Of a DNA stretch of 44,433 nucleotides, positions 34,417-41,575 are shown one piece after another. Each line of letters begins with the position of its first letter. Position 1 is the stretch's first letter. The notes below the pieces were generated by a model. That model was not told where the DNA came from and made no database searches. It saw nothing but the letters and a program-made list of their open reading frames with translations. The translations under genes were made by a program, and so were the position numbers. The stretch comes from Candidatus Saccharimonadales bacterium (lineage in GTDB: Bacteria > Patescibacteriota > Saccharimonadia > Saccharimonadales > UBA4665). The stretch is from contig JBBQTW010000001.1 of the NCBI GenBank assembly GCA_038234505.1, positions 1 through 44,433 of the forward strand, written 5' to 3'.

Positions 34417-34863
34417 ATGAGTCCGAACCAAGAACCACCGAAATTTACCCCTGAGCGACAACGCGAAGAAATCGAAAAACATCTAGCCGCGTTTATTTTA
34501 CTTGACCCGACGCTACCTTCTGACCCGGATAGTGTGTATCAGATTGAGCCCCTAGAGGGTGACCCTCTCCGACCGCTTTGGGATACATCGGACGGTGACC
34601 CGGTATTGTTTGCGCTGCGCGTCGCGACTCATAACATGACCAATCATATCCTCGATCTCAGGGAAGATCTCAAAACAGATCCTAGTGCAAATGGTTTACT
34701 GTCGGAGTTGGAAAGCGCCGAAGTTGATTTGGCAGAAGTCATGACACTTGGCCGGCAGTATATTAACCCAACGCGACACCCATTTTACAGAGTAGATCGT
34801 ATAGATATTCGAAGTGACAGCACCCAGAGTAGTGAAACTCCTCGCCAAGAGGAAACACCCTAG
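34417..34863 (+). CDS. Hypothetical protein (148 aa)
   Basis: ORF with a consensus promoter. No motif recognised. Confidence 0.55.
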   Translation: MSPNQEPPKFTPERQREEIEKHLAAFILLDPTLPSDPDSVYQIEPLEGDPLRPLWDTSDGDPVLFALRVATHNMTNHILDLREDLKTDPSANGLLSELESAEVDLAEVMTLGRQYINPTRHPFYRVDRIDIRSDSTQSSETPRQEETP

Positions 34864-34889
34864 ACCCGGGGCTGTTTCGACGGTATAAT
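34861..34889 (+). promoter_or_regulatory. Promoter TAGACC-N17-TATAAT upstream of ftsK
   Basis: The -35 overlaps the preceding TAG stop. TATAAT at 34884-34889. ATG 34904 lies 14 nt downstream, giving a very short leader. Confidence 0.5.
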
Positions 34890-34903
34890 AAATAGAGAAT
34901 ATC

Positions 34904-37105
34904 ATGGCAAAAAAGAAAAAATCGAACAAAAAGAAATCAGCTCCCGTCGCCGACTTCGGCGAGCGCTCACCATTTTGGGCGCTGAGTGGCGCTATTATCC
35001 TGATAGTTTTCGGACTTTTCCTACTACTTGGTGGCTTTGGTACCGGTGGTAGCTTGCCAGTGGGCATGTTCCACGGCGCCTACTGGTTGCTCGGCTGGGC
35101 GGCCTATCTGGGGCCGATGGCGCTCGTCTACTGGGGTGTTATCAAATTCCGGGCAGATGATCGGCGCATACCTACCAGCAAAGTATTTGGGATGGCAGCA
35201 GTCCTGGTGTTCGTCGCGAGCTGGCTGCATGTTGTTTCGGCCAGCAAGACCTCCGCAGCGACCCTAGAGGGTGGGCATGGTGGCAACGCAGGGTCCTGGG
35301 TCGGTGGCTCGGTGCTCAATGCGCTTGATAAGTTCCCAGCTGGCATACTGTTCTTTATTCTCAGCCTGCTGGCCGTCTGTTTTGCGTTTGGTATATCACC
35401 AAAGGTATTGGCCAATGTATTTAGTATCTTCCGGCGACCCGAACGCGCAGAAGGTGATACCGACTTAGCCGCTCTGAAAGCCAAAGCCGCCAATGGCTTC
35501 AAGCTGAACGAAGGTGTGCCAGTAGTCCACCACACCGCCGGCGAAAAGGAAGCTGTGCGCCTGAGCTCACTCAAAAACACCGCCAACAAGCTTTCGGCCT
35601 CCGAGAATCACAGCGCCCTCACTACTGCCAGCGACCCAGACTGGAAATTCCCCGGGCTCGACCTACTGAGTCAGAAACAAGACAAAGCCGACGCTGGCGA
35701 TGTGAACGGCAACGCCCAGATTATCCACGACACCTTTGCCAACTTCAACATAGAAGTAGAGATGGAAGGCGCCAATATCGGCCCGCGCGTCACCCAGTAC
35801 ACTATGAAGCCGCCAACAGGGGTAAAACTTACCAAAATTACCGCGCTAGAGAACAACCTGGCACTCGACCTAGCAGCTCACAGTATCCGTATGGAAGCGC
35901 CTATTCCTGGCAAGCGTGCTGTCGGCATAGAAGTACCCAACGTAAAATCCGCTACCGTCCGCCTCGGTTCGCTACTCAATACCAACGAGTGGAATGGCGT
36001 GACCAGCCAGCTTGGCTTCTGTATTGGCAAGGACATCTCCGGCTCACCAGTCATAGCCGATCTGGACCGCATGCCCCACCTGCTGGTCGCCGGCCAGACT
36101 GGCTCCGGTAAATCGGTGATGATTAACACCATCCTGACCAGCCTGCTGTACCGCAACAGCCCAGCCGATCTCAAGCTCATCTTGGTCGACCCCAAACAGG
36201 TAGAGCTGAAGCCGTATGACGAAATCCCACACCTGCTGACCCCAGTCATTACCGAGCCAGAGAAGTGTATTAGTGCGCTCAAATGGGCCGTGGCCGAAAT
36301 GGAGCGCCGCTACAGTGCGCTCGCCGAAGTCAACAAGCGCAATATCGGTGAATACAACAATCTGAAAAAGGAAGAGGGCATGCCCTACATCGTGATTGTG
36401 ATAGACGAGCTGGCCGATCTGATGATGATGGCCGCCCGTGATGTCGAGGCACTTATCGTCCGGATTGCCCAAAAGGCCCGCGCCGTTGGCATCCACCTGG
36501 TGCTAGCCACCCAGCGGCCGTCTGTCGATGTTATTACCGGGCTTATCAAGGCCAACGTGCCAGCCCGTATCGCCTTCACAACAGCCAGTGGTGTCGACAG
36601 CAAGACGATTATCGATGGTGTTGGTGCCGAGAAGCTCCTTGGCATGGGCGACATGCTGTTCCTGACATCCGACATGCCGAAACCCAAGCGTGTCCAGGGT
36701 GCATTCATAGGCGACGACGAAACCGTGAAGGTAAACGACTTTATCCGCATGCAGCGCCCGCCACAATACGATGACGAAGTTGTCAGCCAGCCAGTGGTAC
36801 TGAACGGCAAGGGTGGCGTCGTGGTCGACATGGGCGGCGATGCCGACGATGACATGTTCCACGATGCTGTAAATGTCGTGATAGAGAACCGCAAAGCCTC
36901 TACCAGCCTTCTACAGCGCCGCCTACGCATCGGCTACGGCCGTGCAGCCCGGCTGATTGAGCAAATGGAAGAGCAGGGCATAATCGGCCAAGCCGACGGC
37001 TCACGCCCCCGCGAAGTCCTGGTCAGCTCCATAAGCGAAGTCTTTGGTGGCGGCAGTTCCGAAGCCGACGCCGCTCTCGACGAAAACTTCCCCGACGAAG
37101 CCTAA
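34904..37105 (+). CDS. ftsK: DNA translocase FtsK/SpoIIIE
   Basis: N-terminal TM helices, Walker A GQTGSGKSV, Walker B VIVIDELADLMM, and gamma wHTH ASTSLLQRRLRIGYGRAARLIEQME. Confidence 0.95.
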   Translation: MAKKKKSNKKKSAPVADFGERSPFWALSGAIILIVFGLFLLLGGFGTGGSLPVGMFHGAYWLLGWAAYLGPMALVYWGVIKFRADDRRIPTSKVFGMAAVLVFVASWLHVVSASKTSAATLEGGHGGNAGSWVGGSVLNALDKFPAGILFFILSLLAVCFAFGISPKVLANVFSIFRRPERAEGDTDLAALKAKAANGFKLNEGVPVVHHTAGEKEAVRLSSLKNTANKLSASENHSALTTASDPDWKFPGLDLLSQKQDKADAGDVNGNAQIIHDTFANFNIEVEMEGANIGPRVTQYTMKPPTGVKLTKITALENNLALDLAAHSIRMEAPIPGKRAVGIEVPNVKSATVRLGSLLNTNEWNGVTSQLGFCIGKDISGSPVIADLDRMPHLLVAGQTGSGKSVMINTILTSLLYRNSPADLKLILVDPKQVELKPYDEIPHLLTPVITEPEKCISALKWAVAEMERRYSALAEVNKRNIGEYNNLKKEEGMPYIVIVIDELADLMMMAARDVEALIVRIAQKARAVGIHLVLATQRPSVDVITGLIKANVPARIAFTTASGVDSKTIIDGVGAEKLLGMGDMLFLTSDMPKPKRVQGAFIGDDETVKVNDFIRMQRPPQYDDEVVSQPVVLNGKGGVVVDMGGDADDDMFHDAVNVVIENRKASTSLLQRRLRIGYGRAARLIEQMEEQGIIGQADGSRPREVLVSSISEVFGGGSSEADAALDENFPDEA

Positions 37106-37123
37106 CCATACGAAACATCATAG

Positions 37124-37152
37124 TTGACATATAAGCATAAGTAGTGTACTAT
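37124..37152 (+). promoter_or_regulatory. Promoter TTGACA-N17-TACTAT (cassette homologous to 2867..2895 minus)
   Basis: TTGACATATAAGCATAAGTAGTGTACTAT. The 27-nt A-rich leader GTAGCTAGTTATCTAAAACAAAAAAAT runs to ATG 37180. Confidence 0.7.
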
Positions 37153-37179
37153 GTAGCTAGTTATCTAAAACAAAAAAAT

Positions 37180-37899
37180 ATGTCAGCTCTATCCATCAAC
37201 TCACCCTTCCGTAAAGCACTACCACGTGCCGAGGCGCCAGAAAAAGGCCCGCGCTACGCCCGCGTTATTGCCGTTACGCGTCGTTTTGCAGCCCGCTTGA
37301 TAACCGGTAGTCCAGCAGTTGACAGTGCGCCGCACGACACCGAACAGGCCAGTGTGGCTAAGCCAGCTGAGAAACTCATATCCGTCCCAACAGAAACGTC
37401 GTACAATCCCGCTATTAACGAAGCGCGCCGCAATCGAAACGAAACGCAGCAAGCCTTACTAGTGGCCGCTGTCGCCAAAACCGCCGTTCACGCCACAGAG
37501 GCAAGTGCCGAGCTGGCAACAGTTATTCCATTACCCAAAAAGGAGCAGCCAGTGCCAGCAACTATGGCTCGTCGCACGCCCGGAACTTCTGACCTGTCCC
37601 TGTTCGGCAAAGACACGCCCAATGTCACGGCCCTGCTTTCGGCTGTGCCAGATATATTGCCCGAATCAGCCACCCTAGCTGTCGAAAATACATCCGTGAA
37701 CCCGTTGCTGGCTACAGCTGCCGTGGACATTGCCTCGATAACACCTGTATTTACTGCTGAGCAGACACCAATTCATGACAATCTGCAGCATCCCTTAGAA
37801 AAGGGGAAGGTAGATTTCAGTGAGCCCGACCGCACATACCAAGCCCTTCAGCAGAATTTTGCTGCACAGACTGAACAGACGCCACACATCATCAAGTAA
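37180..37899 (+). CDS. Hypothetical low-complexity (Ala/Pro/Thr-rich) protein
   Basis: Start moved from GTG 37144, which lies inside the promoter spacer, to ATG 37180. No motif recognised. Confidence 0.5.
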   Translation: MSALSINSPFRKALPRAEAPEKGPRYARVIAVTRRFAARLITGSPAVDSAPHDTEQASVAKPAEKLISVPTETSYNPAINEARRNRNETQQALLVAAVAKTAVHATEASAELATVIPLPKKEQPVPATMARRTPGTSDLSLFGKDTPNVTALLSAVPDILPESATLAVENTSVNPLLATAAVDIASITPVFTAEQTPIHDNLQHPLEKGKVDFSEPDRTYQALQQNFAAQTEQTPHIIK

Positions 37900-38002
37900 A
37901 GATAACCCAGCACCATAACAGGGGTAGTGTTGTAGAAAATGTTTAGTTTCGCTGAACAACTTCTTACCGGGCAGTTTTGATAAAAATTGTGTACAAAAGT
38001 GC

Positions 38003-38031
38003 TTGTGTTTTTGTGTTAGAAATCTTACTAT
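38003..38031 (+). promoter_or_regulatory. Promoter TTGTGT-N17-TACTAT driving the leader RNA
   Basis: TTGTGT 38003-38008, 17-nt spacer, TACTAT 38026-38031. Confidence 0.5.
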
Positions 38032-38039
38032 GAGTTTAA

Positions 38040-38049
38040 CACCAAAACT
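38040..38049 (+). repeat. Direct repeat CACCAAAACT, copy 1
   Basis: Exact 10-mer, repeated at 38128-38137, flanking the central hairpin. Confidence 0.9.
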
Positions 38050-38127
38050 GCAAATGGAGGGAGCGACATGGTTGTGGGGCTCGACAGGCTACTAGTCCAA
38101 GAGTCCTGCACCACGCTCCCGTCACTG

Positions 38128-38137
38128 CACCAAAACT
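38128..38137 (+). repeat. Direct repeat CACCAAAACT, copy 2
   Basis: Exact 10-mer, identical to 38040-38049. Confidence 0.9.
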
Positions 38138-38152
38138 TCCAAACCGAAACTG

Positions 38153-38182
38153 AAGCCCCCGACCTAAACGGGGGCTTTTTGT
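38153..38182 (+). terminator. Rho-independent terminator, 23 nt upstream of ATG 38205
   Basis: AAGCCCCCG-ACCTAAA-CGGGGGCTT followed by TTTGT (9-bp GC-rich stem plus T-tract). Confidence 0.8.
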
Positions 38183-38204
38183 ATGGCATTGAGGGTCAAG
38201 CTAT

Positions 38205-39089
38205 ATGAGTACCACTGTAGAGCGCACGACAGCAACGGCTGAGAGTGAAGTATCACTAGAGGTGGTGGATGCTCGCAGTGCCTTACTCGATCCAATCACC
38301 GGGCAGCCGTACCTGGTTCTGCCCATAGACATTCCGGCTAAGCACCCGGATGGCGAGATGGTTACCTACCACCACGTGCGTTATTATCGACGGGATGAGC
38401 ACTTGGGTAGAGGGGCAAGCCCCGCAAAACCCGATAAAACCGACCTACATGTAATTGCTGGCCTAAGCGTACGGCTCGCCGGTGGTCAATATATGAAGCG
38501 CTCGCTTCACGAGATTGTGCATGACAGGTTTCCCAGGGGCCCAAGACTGCCGGTGGACAGGGCTCAAAAATTTCAGACTGCTGTTACGACTGTTGTCGGT
38601 ATAGTGCCACGCGAGGTGATAGATGTCTCGAAACCGGAAGGGCATGAAATTGTGCATGTAACATCGGATGATTTCGAAAAAGTTGCCGACTGCCAATACG
38701 TCGGCTTGGAGCATTTCAGATCGGCATCTACCGCCGCATGGGCCCAGCGGACGATGGGTTACTTTTTTCTCCGGCATGCATCAAAACAAGACTTGGAACA
38801 AATTGACCCCAGTCAGCTCGATCAATTTGTCCATACCAGGAATCGTGAGCAAAAAGTTATGCTAGCAACCGCAATCCTAGGGGGCTGCCTAGAAATGGCA
38901 GTCGACCCATTTCGGACAAAACTCGATGAACTAAGGCGGAAGGGCTATGCTCAACCCGGGCGCAGCGATGTACTCTCGGAACTTCGAGCTATTATTCCTG
39001 CCTCGTCGTTTGAATTGGTTATGCCAAAGCTCGAGACCGAAATCCACGATACCTTTAGAAAAATGCAGCGACGAGCGGTGGGGCATTGA
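38205..39089 (+). CDS. Hypothetical protein, paralog A of a tandem pair (conserved HH...GG...HExxH motif)
   Basis: 294 aa. Aligns over its full length with the next ORF. GAGGG SD. Confidence 0.65.
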   Translation: MSTTVERTTATAESEVSLEVVDARSALLDPITGQPYLVLPIDIPAKHPDGEMVTYHHVRYYRRDEHLGRGASPAKPDKTDLHVIAGLSVRLAGGQYMKRSLHEIVHDRFPRGPRLPVDRAQKFQTAVTTVVGIVPREVIDVSKPEGHEIVHVTSDDFEKVADCQYVGLEHFRSASTAAWAQRTMGYFFLRHASKQDLEQIDPSQLDQFVHTRNREQKVMLATAILGGCLEMAVDPFRTKLDELRRKGYAQPGRSDVLSELRAIIPASSFELVMPKLETEIHDTFRKMQRRAVGH

Positions 39090-39107
39090 GAGGGTTGAGG
39101 GCACATA

Positions 39108-39896
39108 ATGGCTAGAACTCATGTAGATTTGGCAAAGCCATTTGCGCCACTCGACGAGTATAGTGGAATCCCACTGCCAATACTGCCCGTGCCGGCGCCA
39201 CCTCAGGACCTAACGACTCGGCCCTATCTAGAAGAATTTTGTCGCATGGACGAACATCATGCATTCTTTCCAAATGAGGACTTTACGACCGAACCAGAGC
39301 GCGTACTACGGCATTCACGATTGCAGTACGGTGGACGGTGGGCGCATGGCAAATATCACGAGTTGTATCAAGGGGTGAAATACCCAACCAACTTGCGGGG
39401 GCAGTTCAGGGTGGCAATATTGGCGGCTGCCGGTTATATACCCGATGAAGCGGTCGATGTCCGAGAAAATCGACCAGAGCGTGTGGAGTTGAGCCCTGCC
39501 CAGCAGCAATTAATAAGGGGGCGCATACACACAGAGGAACGAATTAGTGATAGAACAGGTTTGGATATTAACCGCTCGCATCGTGGTATTTTTTTCATGC
39601 AATATGCGCTGAGTCAGGATTTTGCGAGTCTTGGCATTGAGGCAACGCTAGAAGAGTATTTGAGCACAGCTGATGACAGGCGACGGTTAAGACTTGGGTT
39701 TCGCATATTCGACATGGCTTTTGAAAGGGCGGGCGATGACTTCGTGGATTTGTATAGTATTGCTCGCCGCCAGGGCAACATTCCGCACTATCAACCTGAA
39801 ACTCCCAGAAAGTTGGTGCGTCGTGTGGTGCACGGTCATCAGCAGAATTATTTTCCAAAGCTCACGCGACGCATACTTGAGTCTATTGCGGCTTGA
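39108..39896 (+). CDS. Hypothetical protein, paralog B of the tandem pair
   Basis: 262 aa. Shared blocks with paralog A: HH(A/V).(F/Y), L..GG, (Y/L)HE(L/I), G.(I/V)P.E..DV, G(I/Y)FF, PKL. The same GGCATTGAG(A)GGGT sequence lies upstream of both starts. Confidence 0.65.
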   Translation: MARTHVDLAKPFAPLDEYSGIPLPILPVPAPPQDLTTRPYLEEFCRMDEHHAFFPNEDFTTEPERVLRHSRLQYGGRWAHGKYHELYQGVKYPTNLRGQFRVAILAAAGYIPDEAVDVRENRPERVELSPAQQQLIRGRIHTEERISDRTGLDINRSHRGIFFMQYALSQDFASLGIEATLEEYLSTADDRRRLRLGFRIFDMAFERAGDDFVDLYSIARRQGNIPHYQPETPRKLVRRVVHGHQQNYFPKLTRRILESIAA

Positions 39897-39921
39897 CCAA
39901 CAGGGGTGAGTAGGGTAGAAT
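39893..39921 (+). promoter_or_regulatory. Promoter TTGACC-N17-TAGAAT for the rpsF operon
   Basis: The -35 overlaps the TGA stop of the preceding gene. TAGAAT at 39916-39921. The ~110-nt leader ends in AAAGGAG 7 nt before ATG 40038. Confidence 0.6.
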
Positions 39922-40037
39922 AACTCTTGTAATATCAACTCAGCTTGCATCCCCTAGTGAGTGCAGGCCGAAACCATCCGAGTTGACGACAATTTATTGG
40001 AGTCTATCGAGGTTGGGTTAACCAAAGGAGTGAACGT

Positions 40038-40421
40038 ATGAATCAATACGAGATTGCTGTGCTATACCACCCAGATTTAGAAATCGATCTGGACAAGGCC
40101 GCATCGCGCGTGACCAAAATCTTCACTGACAACGGCGGTAGCGTCGTATCGGAAGACAACTGGGGCAAGCGCAAACTCGCCTACAATATCAAGGGCAACG
40201 AACACGCTGTATACGTGTTCTATACCGTTGAAATGCCGGGCGAGGGCGTCCGCAAAGTGGAAAGCACGCTGAACATCACCGACGAGGTGATTCGTTTCCT
40301 CATCACGCGCCCAGACCTCAAGGCTATTGCCAAGGCCGATGTTGCCAAGGCCGAAAAAGCTGCCAAAGCAGCTGCACGTGGTGAGTCAAGCGACAGTTCA
40401 GAAGAAAAAGACGAAGAGTAA
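40038..40421 (+). CDS. rpsF: 30S ribosomal protein S6 (with charged C-terminal tail ending DEE)
   Basis: MNQYEIAVLYHPDLE...NWGKRKLAYNIKGNEHAVYVFY is canonical S6. Confidence 0.95.
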   Translation: MNQYEIAVLYHPDLEIDLDKAASRVTKIFTDNGGSVVSEDNWGKRKLAYNIKGNEHAVYVFYTVEMPGEGVRKVESTLNITDEVIRFLITRPDLKAIAKADVAKAEKAAKAAARGESSDSSEEKDEE

Positions 40422-40512
40422 ATTTTACAATTGACCTGGCCGCGGGCCGGGCGTACCTTGAAAGTACAAATTTAATCCGCGACATAGTTTCGCACAGAAG
40501 GAGGATGCCAAT

Positions 40513-41001
40513 ATGGCACGAAGTCTCAACCAAGTAACACTAATGGGTAACCTGACTCGGGACCCCGAACTACGACAGACGCCTACCGGGCAGAATGTCT
40601 GTAGCTTTTCCCTCGCCCTGAACCGCAGCTACAAGGATAGCAGTGGTGAATGGCAGGAAGCGACTGATTTCATCGATATCGTCGCCTGGGGGCCGCTCGC
40701 CGAGCGTGTGAGCCAATATTTGCACAAAGGCAGCCGCTGCCTGGTGCAGGGTCGTATGCAGTCGCGTAGCTGGGAGCAGGACGGTGTTAAGCGTAGCAAA
40801 GTAGAAGTGCTGGCCAACGACGTAACGTTCCTAGACAGTCGTGGTGGTGGCGAAGGTGGCGAGGCCGGTGGAAACTTCGGCGGAGGCGCTAGCGCACCTG
40901 CCGATGCACCGAGCAAACCAGCACCAAGCAAGAAGAAAGATGACGTTGTCATCGAAGATGTTGGCGACGAGCCAATCAACCTCGACGACATTCCCTTCTA
41001 A
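40513..41001 (+). CDS. ssb: Single-stranded DNA-binding protein
   Basis: OB-fold LNQVTLMGNLTRDPELRQTPTGQNVCSFSLA, a Gly-rich linker and the acidic tip DDIPF. GAAGGAGG SD. Confidence 0.95.
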   Translation: MARSLNQVTLMGNLTRDPELRQTPTGQNVCSFSLALNRSYKDSSGEWQEATDFIDIVAWGPLAERVSQYLHKGSRCLVQGRMQSRSWEQDGVKRSKVEVLANDVTFLDSRGGGEGGEAGGNFGGGASAPADAPSKPAPSKKKDDVVIEDVGDEPINLDDIPF

Positions 41002-41023
41002 TAGGTGGAGAAAGCTGTAACGC

Positions 41024-41359
41024 ATGCAATTACATGATGGATGTCCAATTGTTGAACAGGAGTTAAAGCCAAAACCAGAGGCTCACGAAGAGCCATATCG
41101 AAATGGGCTATTCATGCAGGTTGCTCAAGGGTTGTCATCTCAATTCGTAAAACAAGTTCGTGGCACAAAAGGGCTTACTGATGAGCGAATCGAACAGATT
41201 AGGCACGATGAAATTAGTGACTGGGGTAATCTAGGTGAGCCCGGAGGAGAAGCAGACTACTTAGCGGCAAATCCCGGACTTGCAAAAGCAGTTCACGACT
41301 GTGAACTAATGATACAAATGGGCGAATGCTTATTACAAGGACTAAAGAGAGGAAGTTAG
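41024..41359 (+). CDS. Hypothetical protein inserted between ssb and rpsR
   Basis: 111-aa ORF tightly packed in the operon. The rpsR SD (GAGGAAG) lies in its 3' end. No motif recognised. Confidence 0.5.
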   Translation: MQLHDGCPIVEQELKPKPEAHEEPYRNGLFMQVAQGLSSQFVKQVRGTKGLTDERIEQIRHDEISDWGNLGEPGGEADYLAANPGLAKAVHDCELMIQMGECLLQGLKRGS

Positions 41360-41362
41360 TAT

Positions 41363-41566
41363 ATGGCGAAGATTTTTAAACACAAGACAGATGTTGCGTT
41401 TTTTGACTACAAGGACTTTAAGACCCTGCAGCGGTACGTGAACATGTACGGACAGATAGAGACCCGCAAGAAGACTGGTCTGACAGAGAGCCAGCAGCGC
41501 CGCCTAAGCGTCGCTATCAAGCGTGCCCGACACATCGCGCTGCTACCATTCGTAGCAAGTAACTAG
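41363..41566 (+). CDS. rpsR: 30S ribosomal protein S18
   Basis: FFDYKDFKTLQRYVNMYGQIETRKKTGLTESQQRRLSVAIKRARHIALLPF is canonical S18. Confidence 0.95.
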   Translation: MAKIFKHKTDVAFFDYKDFKTLQRYVNMYGQIETRKKTGLTESQQRRLSVAIKRARHIALLPFVASN

Positions 41567-41575
41567 GAGATATTC

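Larger units (their letters stand above)
38038..38182 (+). ncRNA. Candidate structured 5' leader (attenuator/riboswitch-like) or small RNA, ~145 nt
   Basis: Bounded by a promoter and an intrinsic terminator. Contains a long imperfect hairpin 38059-38120 (GGGAGCG/CGCTCCC base, GGGGCTC/GAGTCCT upper stem, apical ACTAGT). C/A-rich single strands on each side both carry CACCAAAACT. Confidence 0.45.

Noticed and set aside
38054-38095. Trp-codon leader-peptide attenuator (mini-ORF MEGATWLWGSTGY).
   Set aside because: The mini-ORF has no SD, the Trp codons are not tandem, the downstream genes are not Trp-related, and I could not draw a convincing 2:3 antiterminator. It is kept only as a note within the leader finding.
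38050-38127. MITE-like insertion: a 78-nt hairpin element flanked by the 10-bp direct repeat CACCAAAACT as a target-site duplication.
   Set aside because: The terminal inverted repeats are short and imperfect (GGGAGCG core only), a 10-bp TSD is unusually long, and no second copy exists in the window. It cannot be excluded without the whole genome.
38038-38182. Whether the promoter-to-terminator RNA is SRP (4.5S) RNA, 6S RNA or a tRNA-like gene.
   Set aside because: It lacks the conserved SRP domain IV sequence (GGUCCGGAAGGAAGCAGCC-type with a GNRA loop), the 6S-like central bubble of appropriate length, and a T-loop GTTCRA. Its position abutting a gene start fits a cis-leader better.
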